From contig CAZJUB010000028.1 of the NCBI GenBank assembly GCA_964549075.1, forward strand, positions 1-31,075: DNA of 31,075 nt. The letters are read 5' to 3'. This DNA is from an uncultured archaeon (lineage in GTDB: Archaea > Asgardarchaeota > Heimdallarchaeia > Heimdallarchaeales > Heimdallarchaeaceae). A model generated the notes under the pieces. That model was not told the DNA's origin. It made no database searches and saw only the letters and a program-made list of their open reading frames with translations. Below are positions 1 to 8,664 of the stretch, one piece after another (positions within the stretch are counted from its first letter, which is position 1; each line of letters starts with the position of its first letter). The translations under genes and the position numbers were made by a program.

Positions 1-577
1 TATTTAAGTAAAAAGTAAAAGGAAAAGTGTCATTTATTTGGATTCCAAGATTTTTATACTGGTTAGAAGACAAAAGTATACCAAAATCACTAACATTATT
101 TTCTCCTGCTACAATATTGATTCTTTGAACAATGGTGTGATTTTCAAATTCTTTATCAACTATTATAGGTTGAAATACAGGTTGACCTAAATCCCACCCT
201 ATTTGAGTGGTGAAATTAAAATCTGGAGTTATATATGAATAATATATGTTTCCACGATTAGTTTTATCATAATGAGCATGATGTCCATAAAGAACAACAC
301 TATCTTGAAATTCAGGTTCTTGTATCATCAAATTTGCTAGTTGAGCTGGAGTATAAGCTGTATCTGGATCAACGGGTTGAAAAGTGACTTCTGCTTCAAC
401 ATTATTAATCATATCTTGAACTGTGATAGAATTAATAATTGAACCATAGAAAAATATGCTAGAAAATATTGCAGCACCAAGAATCATACCAGCTCCAATT
501 GAGATGCTTCTTCTTTTGTTAGAAATCATTGACTTAAAAGAAAAACCGATAAAAGAGAATATTTTAGGAGATTTCAT
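1..577 (-). CDS. ABC transporter permease, FtsX/MacB/LolC family (N-terminal part; runs off the window edge)
   Basis: Not in the ORF track; translated by hand. ATG at 577 overlaps the ATPase TGA (ATGA). Reads MKSPKIFSFIGFSFKSMISNKRRSISIGAGMILGAAIFSSIFFYGSIINSITVQDMINNVEAEV... and is open to position 1. The basic 'NKRRS' + TM1 + extracellular domain is the typical FtsX/MacB N-terminus. Confidence 0.85.
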   Translation of the reverse strand, partial: MKSPKIFSFIGFSFKSMISNKRRSISIGAGMILGAAIFSSIFFYGSIINSITVQDMINNVEAEVTFQPVDPDTAYTPAQLANLMIQEPEFQDSVVLYGHHAHYDKTNRGNIYYSYITPDFNFTTQIGWDLGQPVFQPIIVDKEFENHTIVQRINIVAGENNVSDFGILLSSNQYKNLGIQINDTFPFTFYLN

Positions 578-1320
578 TTTTGTGAGACCTCCTTTTGTTC
601 TTTTTTAGAATTTAACGCTTTGGTTTGTTCTTGCAAAACTTGACCTTTCTGCAAAATATATAATCTATCAGTTTCTCTTGCACTGAGTGTATCATGAGTT
701 ACCATAATTATAGTAATTTTCTTCTCTTTAGCTAATTTCTTAAAAAGAGATATAATGTCTTTACCAGTATAAGTGTCAAGATTCCCTGTTGGTTCATCAG
801 CATAGATTATATCAGGTTCATGAGCTAAAGCTCTAGCAATCGCAACTCTCTGTTGCTCTCCTCCACTTAACTCCTCAGGTAAATGATCAACACGAGCATA
901 AAGTCCCACTGTTTCTAAATATTCGATAGCTTTTGTCTCAGCTTCTTTTTCTGTCAAACCTCGTAGTTTCATTGGCAGTTTAACGTTCTCTTTAGCAGTT
1001 AAATACGGAATGAGAGCAAAATTTTGGAAAACTAAAGAGGATGTTGTTCTTCTGATTTGGAGTCTTTCTTTATAATTGGTTTCATTAAGATTGATACCAG
1101 CGACTTTTACTTCACCTTCAGTGATGCTTTCGAGTGTAGCTAAAATATTAAGTAATGTTGATTTACCACTACCTGAAGGACCCATAACAGCTATGAATTC
1201 ACCTTTTTTAATCTCCATTTCTACGCCAGTTAGTACATGAACAATTGCTCCTCCGGGTAACTGAAAGTCTTTAACAAGGTGTGTTGACTGTACAGATAAT
1301 TTGCTTGATTCTTTTACCAT
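574..1320 (-). CDS. ABC transporter ATP-binding protein (LolD/MacB/FtsE-like)
   Basis: Walker A GPSGSGKST, Q-loop VFQNFAL, signature LSGGEQQRVAIARAL, Walker B/D-loop YADEPTGNLD, H-loop VTHD. Confidence 0.97.
   Translation of the reverse strand: MVKESSKLSVQSTHLVKDFQLPGGAIVHVLTGVEMEIKKGEFIAVMGPSGSGKSTLLNILATLESITEGEVKVAGINLNETNYKERLQIRRTTSSLVFQNFALIPYLTAKENVKLPMKLRGLTEKEAETKAIEYLETVGLYARVDHLPEELSGGEQQRVAIARALAHEPDIIYADEPTGNLDTYTGKDIISLFKKLAKEKKITIIMVTHDTLSARETDRLYILQKGQVLQEQTKALNSKKEQKEVSQK
587..594 (-). promoter_or_regulatory. Shine-Dalgarno AAGGAGGT for the permease gene
   Basis: acctcctt on + reads AAGGAGGT on -, 9 nt upstream of the ATG at 577. Confidence 0.7.
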
Positions 1321-1387
1321 TTCGTTTTATATTTTCAAAGGGATAAATAAATCTAACTGAAAAAAAGAAAACAAGCTAGAAGAAAAA

Positions 1388-3136
1388 CTAGTTATCTAAT
1401 ACACCGCTTACTTTCATATTGTTCAAGATTTGCTCTATCATTCTTTGTTGATCAGTTTCTACTTCACTAGTCTCTATTTCAATATTCAAGAGTAAAGCAC
1501 TTGTTTCATTGTATGTTATGCTTACATGATCAACATCTAAATCTTTTAGATCAGGATCTTTGCCTATATCCCAAACATATGTAACTATAATATTGTCTCT
1601 ATCATATTCTACATTTTTTGTAAGAATCTCCTTCATAGCCATATAATCTGCAAGTTTTTCTATGTTGATTTTCTTATTCAGAGACATATTGATTGTGAAA
1701 TCTTTGAGTGCTTTTCTTTCCATACGAGTCTTACTCCATCGAAGATATGCTACTATTCCTATCCAACATGCAAGACTGATTATGAACAAAATGAGCGTTC
1801 CATATTTTGACATAAGTCCTCCAAAAACCGTATCAGAAGACGAATATTCTCCCACAGCGAAAGCGAATACTTCCAAGATTATACTTCCTGCTAAGATTAA
1901 CTCTATCATATCTATTGCTTCACCGGTTCTTGTATTTGCTTGTAAAACTTGATTCATACTCTTTGTATTTCTAGTCATTGCTTTATTCATTTTTCGCATT
2001 TGCATTTCAGATAAGGTAGATATATAATTCCGTGTCCCCTCGAGTTCTGTTAATAAACCGTTTATGATTTTATCAGCTTCTTTTACTCTTTCTCTTGAGA
2101 TATTTAGACCTTTTTCAACCTCATAAAAATCATTTAGATCCTTAATATTATTGTCTCCATAAATCTGTAACAACTCAAAAGTAGAATCTTTCAGAAATTC
2201 TTGTATTTGGCTAACTAAACTAATAGTACTTGTAAGTAAGGTTATCTCTTCCTGAACTCTATTTAGTGCTTCTGTGTTTCCTTTCACAGCTTCTTCAACT
2301 AAACTCTTGATTTGATTTGATTGATCATATAATTCCCAAATTCGAGACATAAAACAATCCACAAAAGTGCTTATAGCATGTTGAATCCCCCAAAATGTTA
2401 TCTGATATTCTTTCTCTTCTGTAAAGCTATCAAGAACCACTAAAGTACCTCTAGTACCTTTGAAGAAAAGATTATTTCCAAGTTGGTAATGTAAATGTCC
2501 TTCACCAATTATTTGGCTAATTTCAATTTCACAATCCTCACCATCACAATACTCATTTATATCTTCATATCTGATGTTTATGTCTTCACCAATATAACAG
2601 ATTGTTTTAGGTCGATGCATAGGATTTCCAAATATAATCTTGAGGAAATTTCTTTGAAATTCTGTGAGAAGACTGTCTATAACTACTGAGCTATCCTGTG
2701 ATAAATCTGCTACAACACGAGATAATTTATCTAGAGACATAAAACTATTATGTCCTTCCAATTCACGTAGATTCAAGGAGTAGACAACAAAACCTGATTT
2801 TGATATAAAAATAGCCATCTCTTCAATTTGCACAATTCCTTCTTCTTCAGGTAAATCAATGGTTGCTTCTAAATTTACAAAACTATCTAAAACATAATCA
2901 TTTACTAAAACTTTTGTGTGCTTTCCCTCAGAAGCAAAAATAGGCACATCTGGAGATTGATCAATCAATCCTGTGAGCAAAGTTTTATGCGCACCTTTCT
3001 CAATATCTAGTTTTTTATTTAGTTCTCTGAGTTGATTAGAATCAAAAGGTAACCATTCTATAACAAAAATTTTTGGATTTTTAATAAATAAAATCTCCGA
3101 AAGTTCGTCTTTAATATTGTTTGCAACTTGTGTCAT
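1388..3136 (-). CDS. Uncharacterised membrane protein: large soluble domain, long helical stalk, two TM helices, small C-terminal domain (CorA-like architecture)
   Basis: 582 aa ORF with an amphipathic helical run (about aa 260-405). Hydrophobic segments IELILAGSIILEVFAFAV and LILFIISLACWIGIVAYL. Start overlaps the upstream stop (TAATG at 3134-3138). Confidence 0.75.
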   Translation of the reverse strand: MTQVANNIKDELSEILFIKNPKIFVIEWLPFDSNQLRELNKKLDIEKGAHKTLLTGLIDQSPDVPIFASEGKHTKVLVNDYVLDSFVNLEATIDLPEEEGIVQIEEMAIFISKSGFVVYSLNLRELEGHNSFMSLDKLSRVVADLSQDSSVVIDSLLTEFQRNFLKIIFGNPMHRPKTICYIGEDINIRYEDINEYCDGEDCEIEISQIIGEGHLHYQLGNNLFFKGTRGTLVVLDSFTEEKEYQITFWGIQHAISTFVDCFMSRIWELYDQSNQIKSLVEEAVKGNTEALNRVQEEITLLTSTISLVSQIQEFLKDSTFELLQIYGDNNIKDLNDFYEVEKGLNISRERVKEADKIINGLLTELEGTRNYISTLSEMQMRKMNKAMTRNTKSMNQVLQANTRTGEAIDMIELILAGSIILEVFAFAVGEYSSSDTVFGGLMSKYGTLILFIISLACWIGIVAYLRWSKTRMERKALKDFTINMSLNKKINIEKLADYMAMKEILTKNVEYDRDNIIVTYVWDIGKDPDLKDLDVDHVSITYNETSALLLNIEIETSEVETDQQRMIEQILNNMKVSGVLDN

Positions 3137-3765
3137 TATTTCTTCACCAATTTATCTGCAATTCTGAGGAAATAAGGTTGAGAAACATAACTTACATCCT
3201 CGCTTTCTAAGAAATCTAGTTCAAAATCCGAGATATCGCATTTAGGACAATCAATTTTTATGTCTGGTTCACTTCCCATATTCATGTAAAAATCCAGATG
3301 CGTTTTGCAATGTTCGCAATAAAATAAATGATGTACTTCATCTTTAACATCTTGGGGAATAAGTTTGAGATATTTAAGACCATTTTCTGTGATTCTATAT
3401 GCAGTAACAAATCCATGTTGAGAAGTACTTAATCTTATCTTTTCTAGAATATCTAATTCTCTAAGATCTTCAATATCGTCTACTCCTTCATAAGAAATGT
3501 TTACAGTAAAACTACTTCTTCCAAAGAATTGTATGGATGTTGGAGCATAATCATAGGTTTCATATGTTCCTTTTACGATCTGATAATATATTACTGCCCA
3601 CAAAGGAAGTTCTTTTACCCAAATTTTTTCGTTATTTGTTTCCAAAAAATGATTCCCCCCTCTTACCCATTTAGTGAGATAATCCACAGTATATAACAAG
3701 ATTTGTTGGTCTCTTGTTAAACTTGATATATCTATATTATTCCCTGAAGATAGTTTGATTGACAT
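3136..3765 (-). CDS. Uncharacterised protein with winged-helix-like core and Zn-ribbon
   Basis: 209 aa. DIEDLRELDILEK...AYRITENGLKYL resembles a wHTH recognition helix and wing. CEHC and CPKC pairs. Ends EDVSYVSQPYF. Confidence 0.75.
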   Translation of the reverse strand: MSIKLSSGNNIDISSLTRDQQILLYTVDYLTKWVRGGNHFLETNNEKIWVKELPLWAVIYYQIVKGTYETYDYAPTSIQFFGRSSFTVNISYEGVDDIEDLRELDILEKIRLSTSQHGFVTAYRITENGLKYLKLIPQDVKDEVHHLFYCEHCKTHLDFYMNMGSEPDIKIDCPKCDISDFELDFLESEDVSYVSQPYFLRIADKLVKK

Positions 3766-3839
3766 AATTTAAAAAAACTATTTTAAGATATTTTAATCTT
3801 TCTGGATAGGAAAACGAAAAGGAAGAAACAAGTGAGAAG

Positions 3840-4466
3840 TTATCTCCGATTCTCTAATTCTTTGTCTTTTTTAGCTATTTTTTCAACTAGGTCTTTGAAA
3901 CCTTTTGGCTCTTGTTCTTCTTCAAAAGTGAATACAACAGGTCGTCTTTTTCTTTCAACATCTAAAGCTCTTGCAATTTTACCTGCTTCATATTTTTCCT
4001 TTACTTGAGATTTCTTCCCTATCCAAACATAAATTTCATCATATGCATCTAAAACAAAAGAATCATTAGATTTCAAATTTTTATATTTGATAGGTACTTC
4101 CTTTGTAGTAATTGTTCCATCATTCTGTTGAATTATCTGAAGAAGTTTATAATCAATATCTACTTTTAATTCAAAATGCTTCAAGAAACCAGGAGTATCT
4201 CCTTCAGCAACTGCAAAATCTAGAAGTTCTTTGAACTCGTCTGGTTCTTCTCCTTCCATCACAGTTTTAATAAGAAGATCTTTGTTTTCTTCTTCTACTA
4301 CTTTTGCAGTCCATGCACCTACAGCTTTATCATCACAATAGGATTTTGAACCTAACCAAATCCAAATGTGTGTTGGTGTTGTTATAAGGTATACGTCACC
4401 ATTAAGGAATTTGTACGGTTCTTCTATAGGTTTTAGTCTTTTTCTTATTACGTGATAGACATTCAT
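3840..4466 (-). CDS. Two-domain gelsolin/villin-family protein (Asgard 2DGel type)
   Basis: Two gelsolin repeats: GDVYLI...IWIWLGSKS...DDKAVG...EGEEPDEF and LKSNDSFVLD...IYVWIGKKSQVKEKYEA...EEEQEPKGF, joined by a DTPGFLKH linker. Confidence 0.92.
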   Translation of the reverse strand: MNVYHVIRKRLKPIEEPYKFLNGDVYLITTPTHIWIWLGSKSYCDDKAVGAWTAKVVEEENKDLLIKTVMEGEEPDEFKELLDFAVAEGDTPGFLKHFELKVDIDYKLLQIIQQNDGTITTKEVPIKYKNLKSNDSFVLDAYDEIYVWIGKKSQVKEKYEAGKIARALDVERKRRPVVFTFEEEQEPKGFKDLVEKIAKKDKELENRR

Positions 4467-4488
4467 GATATTACGTATAAAAATGATA

Positions 4489-4552
4489 ACATAAAAGATT
4501 TATGAAAAAAGCAATTGTTATTTTGTTTGCTCAACTCGATAAACTTTAATAT
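4489..4552. promoter_or_regulatory. Back-to-back archaeal BRE/TATA promoters (gelsolin and 4574 gene)
   Basis: Minus strand AAATCTTTTATGT ends about 22 nt before the ATG at 4466. Plus strand AAACTTTAATAT (4541-4552) lies 21 nt before the ATG at 4574. Confidence 0.5.
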
Positions 4553-4573
4553 TTCAATGATGATAAGCTCTAT

Positions 4574-5242
4574 ATGAGCAATTTAGAAGATGAAGAGTCT
4601 ATTTTTGATGATGAGGAAGAAGAACCTATCTGGAAACAAATAACTGAGAAGATTAAACCTTATCTTACAAAAGAAGATATCATCAATATGGATTTAGATA
4701 GTTTTTCTGCACTTGTCAAAAGATTATATGGTATTCAAGAACTTACAGAAAATGAGATGTCGTATGCTAAGAAAAACAGAGACCTAATTCTAATTCGTAT
4801 GGGACTTTTACACAATATACCAGATTTAACTGAAGAAGATTTAGAAATAGCTATGAAACAAATAGCTGTTAGATTAGCTACCTATTACTTTCAAAATAAC
4901 GTTTCAAATTCCTTAGACGAAGCTCAAAATCAAGTTCTTGAAGTTATGAAAAGTGGATTTTCCTCTGCAGTTACAGTTAGTCTGAATCCAGAGGAAGAAA
5001 TAGTCAATCTTAGAGAAAAACTTGCAATTATCTCAAAAGTTAACTTAGATAATGCTAAGGATATCGCAACATTGCTTTCGAAAACTAAAGATAATCTGAT
5101 GACTATAGGTATTTCAGGTTCGGTATTCTATGAAATTGATAAATTCTGTCAAATGCTTAAAAGGCAAAGAGAGGAAGACCTTCCTACAAAAAATGATATT
5201 ATTGAAGCTTCGTTCGAATGGCAAATGAAAATCCAGAAGTGA
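4574..5242 (+). CDS. Hypothetical all-helical protein with acidic N-terminus
   Basis: 222 aa ORF with host-like codon usage; starts MSNLEDEESIFDDEEEEP; no motif recognised. Confidence 0.75.
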   Translation: MSNLEDEESIFDDEEEEPIWKQITEKIKPYLTKEDIINMDLDSFSALVKRLYGIQELTENEMSYAKKNRDLILIRMGLLHNIPDLTEEDLEIAMKQIAVRLATYYFQNNVSNSLDEAQNQVLEVMKSGFSSAVTVSLNPEEEIVNLREKLAIISKVNLDNAKDIATLLSKTKDNLMTIGISGSVFYEIDKFCQMLKRQREEDLPTKNDIIEASFEWQMKIQK

Positions 5243-5247
5243 GTAGA

Positions 5248-5970
5248 ATGGAGGAAGAACTGCAAATTCCTAAAATTCCAACTCTTGAATCACAAGAAAA
5301 GGATTTTGAGGAACAACCTGAGGAAAAATCAGTAAAAGTTCTTCAAACAATTACAACCAAATTAAAAGAAACTGTTAAACTTGAGATGTTTCTACCACAA
5401 ATTTATCTCTGGATAGAAGATAGGCTAAAAATAGGACCAACACTAGTTATTGGGAATAATATAGGCGATTTTGCAATAAGTCTTTCAGCTAGAGTTCCAA
5501 GTGTAATTGCAAGAGAAAGCACTTCCACTTATGTATCTCCTATTGCAGAAGTCACTGATGCATCACATTTAGAAAAAATAGATTTCAAACCTTTTGATCT
5601 GGAAAAGATAGAATCTATGCAGAATGTGTTTCTAAATATTATAGTAATTTTTGCTTTAAGAAAATTAGAGAGAGAGAAACAGAAGCTACTTTTAAGAGAA
5701 TGTAAAAGAATGTTGTCTCGTGATGGGCAACTTATAGTTATCGATGAATTTTATCCAAAGTCAATCTTTTTGTTTCCAATCACACTTGCGAAAGAAGGAA
5801 TTAGATCGTTTAGAACTGTAATACTTAAGAAAAAAATCGATAAACCTATTAAGAAAATCGATAAATTAGCTGATGAATTAGAATTGAAGTTTTTCGATGT
5901 TAAGTATGATGCAGGTGGAAGAGTAAGAACATATGTTTTTACAAAACGTTGGGGAGCTTTAGTTAGTTGA
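5248..5970 (+). CDS. Class I SAM-methyltransferase-fold protein with degenerate motif I
   Basis: LVIGNNIGDF at the motif I position; IFALRKL...KLLLRECKRMLSRDGQLIVIDE matches post-II/III motifs. ATG 5248 preferred over 5218 because it avoids overlap with the upstream gene. Confidence 0.65.
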   Translation: MEEELQIPKIPTLESQEKDFEEQPEEKSVKVLQTITTKLKETVKLEMFLPQIYLWIEDRLKIGPTLVIGNNIGDFAISLSARVPSVIARESTSTYVSPIAEVTDASHLEKIDFKPFDLEKIESMQNVFLNIIVIFALRKLEREKQKLLLRECKRMLSRDGQLIVIDEFYPKSIFLFPITLAKEGIRSFRTVILKKKIDKPIKKIDKLADELELKFFDVKYDAGGRVRTYVFTKRWGALVS

Positions 5971-6321
5971 TTTTTGGCTTTTTCCCCATTTTATTTTATC
6001 ATCTGACATAGAACCAACAGGATACTTATTATTTGTTTTCTCAAGTTTCTTAGGTATTGCTTCTTCAAGATTTACTCCCAGTTCGTGAGCTAACAGAAAG
6101 AGATAAATCGCTACATCAGCAAGTTCATCTGTTATTTGTGTTTTAATCCTTGAAATTTCTTGAAGTATTTCATCATCTTTTTGCCATTGAATTAACTCAA
6201 AAAATTCTCCTAATTCGATGATTAATGATAAAGAGAGATTCTTAGGAGTATGATATTTTTTCCAATCTCTTGCATCTCTAAATTCTAAGATTTTCTGTGT
6301 TAAACTAGATATAGATGTCAC
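5959..6321 (-). CDS. MazG-like nucleotide pyrophosphohydrolase (dCTP pyrophosphatase 1 family)
   Basis: FRDARDWKKYHTPKNL...ELGEFFELIQW...DELADVAIY...KLEKTNNKYP; GTG start. Confidence 0.92.
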   Translation of the reverse strand: MTSISSLTQKILEFRDARDWKKYHTPKNLSLSLIIELGEFFELIQWQKDDEILQEISRIKTQITDELADVAIYLFLLAHELGVNLEEAIPKKLEKTNNKYPVGSMSDDKIKWGKSQKSTN

Positions 6322-6363
6322 GAAAAAGGAAAAGAAGCATGATAATTAACTCTTTCCTTTAAA

Positions 6364-7443
6364 TCACACAACTCTATAAGTCCAATTGTAGGAATCTTGT
6401 ACTTTTCCAGTTTGTATTCCTATCAGTTTGTCATATAATTTTCTTGTTATAGGTCCTACTTCGCCATTGTTAATAAGATATTCTTCATCCTTGTAGAATA
6501 TCTCACCTATTGGAGTAACAGAAGCAGCAGTCCCAACAAAAAACGCTTCAGAACAAGTACCATTCCTAATTTGCTTAGCAATCTCGTTTATATCTAAAAG
6601 TTCTTCATGAGTACTATAACCTAAATCTTCAGCTAGCTGTAAAATTGATTTTCTAGTGACACCGTCAAGGATAGTACCCCTTAAAGAAGGTGTGCAGACT
6701 TCATCATCTACAATAAACATAATATTCATCCCACTTCCTTCTTCAACATATCTACGTTCCCTAGAATCTAACCAAATAACCATTGGATATCCTAGTTCTT
6801 TTGCTTGTTGTGTTTCATAGAGAGTACCAGCGTAATTTCCGCCAGTCTTAGCTTCACCAGTACCACCAGGAGTAGCTCTTACATTTTGTCTAGCTACATA
6901 TGCTTTTGTAGGTTTGAAACCATCTTTGAAGAAAGGTCCAACAGGAGATAGTATTATATAGAAATAAAATTCGTTACTAGGTCTTAGACCTAAAAAGGTT
7001 TCAGAAGCTATCATTGTTGGTCTGATATATAATGAGGTTCCAGGAGATTTAGGAACCCATTCTTTATCTACCCGAACTAGTTCTGTAATTGCTTTGACAA
7101 ATAAATCTTTGTTTATTTTAGGCATACACATTCTTTCAGCAGATAAATTAAATCTCTCAGCATTTTCATAGGGTCTAAACAAATGAATAGACTCATCTGG
7201 ATGACGAAAAGCCTTCATTCCTTCAAAAATTTCTTGACTATAATGTAAAACAGCACATGCTGGATCCATCTCAAAAGATTGGTATGGAATTATTCTTGGA
7301 TTGTCCCATTTTGAATCTTTATAATATATGAAAAACATATGATTGGAGAAAGTTTTTCCAAATACAAGGTCAGAATCTGCGGGAATTGGTTTTTTTTGTT
7401 CTTCTTTGCAGAGAAGAATTGGTATATCCATAAATTCATTCAT
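6364..7443 (-). CDS. ilvE: Branched-chain amino acid aminotransferase (PLP fold type IV)
   Basis: LHYSQEIFEGMKA, LYIRP, KTGGNY (PLP Lys), EEGSGMN, ILDGVTR, GTAA. Confidence 0.96.
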   Translation of the reverse strand: MNEFMDIPILLCKEEQKKPIPADSDLVFGKTFSNHMFFIYYKDSKWDNPRIIPYQSFEMDPACAVLHYSQEIFEGMKAFRHPDESIHLFRPYENAERFNLSAERMCMPKINKDLFVKAITELVRVDKEWVPKSPGTSLYIRPTMIASETFLGLRPSNEFYFYIILSPVGPFFKDGFKPTKAYVARQNVRATPGGTGEAKTGGNYAGTLYETQQAKELGYPMVIWLDSRERRYVEEGSGMNIMFIVDDEVCTPSLRGTILDGVTRKSILQLAEDLGYSTHEELLDINEIAKQIRNGTCSEAFFVGTAASVTPIGEIFYKDEEYLINNGEVGPITRKLYDKLIGIQTGKVQDSYNWTYRVV

Positions 7444-7516
7444 TGGCGAATAAAAAGAGATATAGTTTAAAAAATTTTGGCTGTAAATTTAAACAAACGA
7501 AATATGTATTTAGATT

Positions 7517-8530
7517 TTATTTCATCTTTCTAATGTTTAGTAAATTTGTAAAATGTTGTCTTACTGCTTTTCTGGAAGGCCACAATCTTAATGAGCGGGA
7601 GATAAAATATCTTCCTCCTTTAAGATAAATCACATCAGGTTTGAGCATTGGACACCATAGATGTGCAATTTGCAGCGAAACAGACGCCTTTAATGATTTT
7701 TTAAATTCAGAAGGTTTTATGTTAACTTTATTCTTCTTTAATTCATCTAAATAGATTTTAAGTAATTCATTAAAAGATAATGGAATCTCATTCAATTGTA
7801 CTCTAAATCCTTCGACATGAAACGGTAATAAATCGTAGAAATGAATGAAATCCCAAGAAGGAGGAGCAATTATGCATTCTTGCCAATCTAATATGAAGAT
7901 TTCAGAATCTGTTTGTAAGAAGTTATAAGTCCAAGTTCCACCATGAATCAATGTTATTCCTGTTGAAAGGAGCTTTTCTAAATAGTCTTTAGATTTCAAA
8001 TCCTTCTTTACAATTTCTAAATCTGATTTTGTCAAAGGAGTTTTTCCTTTATAATTTTCAGCTATTTTCAAAGCTTTGGCAATATTATTCTGCAATTCCG
8101 AACTTATAGCTTTCCATTCACTCTGATCTATTTTTGGTAAATCACTGAATTCTGCACCTTCTACATTATTATAGAATTGAGAGTGTAGTTTTGCAATTTC
8201 CTTTAGTGCTCGGATAATATTTTCTTTATCCCAGTCTTTAGGATGAATGCTTTCAGGAATTTTTTCTAATAGTACCCAAGGAACTTCAGATGATTGTGAA
8301 ATAGCTAACACTTTCGGAGCGGGGATCTGGTGCTTTGGTGCAATTTTTGAATATACTAACCATTCTGTTTTTGTGGTATTCTGTTTTAAGATTCCCGATT
8401 TGTTTTTTCCCCATGATATTTCAGAAACTTTAGCATTAGAAGAGCCAGCTAAATCCTTCCTGAACTTAATTTCCTCAGCAGAAATCTTAAGTTTCTTTGC
8501 AACTTCTTCTAGAATAGGAAGACTATTCAA
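7517..8530 (-). CDS. APH/choline-kinase-family phosphotransferase-like protein
   Basis: GSSNAKV P-loop, ILKQ, EWLVY, PAPKVL, VLLEKI, TLIHGGTWTYNFL (Brenner motif with D->G), ILDWQ. TTG start with GGTGA site upstream. Confidence 0.8.
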   Translation of the reverse strand: MNSLPILEEVAKKLKISAEEIKFRKDLAGSSNAKVSEISWGKNKSGILKQNTTKTEWLVYSKIAPKHQIPAPKVLAISQSSEVPWVLLEKIPESIHPKDWDKENIIRALKEIAKLHSQFYNNVEGAEFSDLPKIDQSEWKAISSELQNNIAKALKIAENYKGKTPLTKSDLEIVKKDLKSKDYLEKLLSTGITLIHGGTWTYNFLQTDSEIFILDWQECIIAPPSWDFIHFYDLLPFHVEGFRVQLNEIPLSFNELLKIYLDELKKNKVNIKPSEFKKSLKASVSLQIAHLWCPMLKPDVIYLKGGRYFISRSLRLWPSRKAVRQHFTNLLNIRKMK

Positions 8531-8620
8531 TAAATCACCGATGTTTGATGAATTGCTTTATACTTTTTAACTATTTCTAAACAAAAACAAGTAGCTAAAT
8601 GAGCTTTCTTTATTATTTCA

Positions 8621-8636
8621 AAAAAGATTTTATAAA
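8621..8636 (+). promoter_or_regulatory. BRE/TATA promoter for the 8665 operon
   Basis: AAAAAGA-TTTTATAAA ends 28 nt upstream of the ATG at 8665; no SD sequence. Confidence 0.6.
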
Positions 8637-8664
8637 TAAGTAATTTTATCTTTATGCGATATTT

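Noticed and set aside
5959-6321. MazG-like gene as part of an anti-phage or toxin-antitoxin system
   Set aside because: No defence partner nearby; it follows ilvE and fits a house-cleaning dCTPase.
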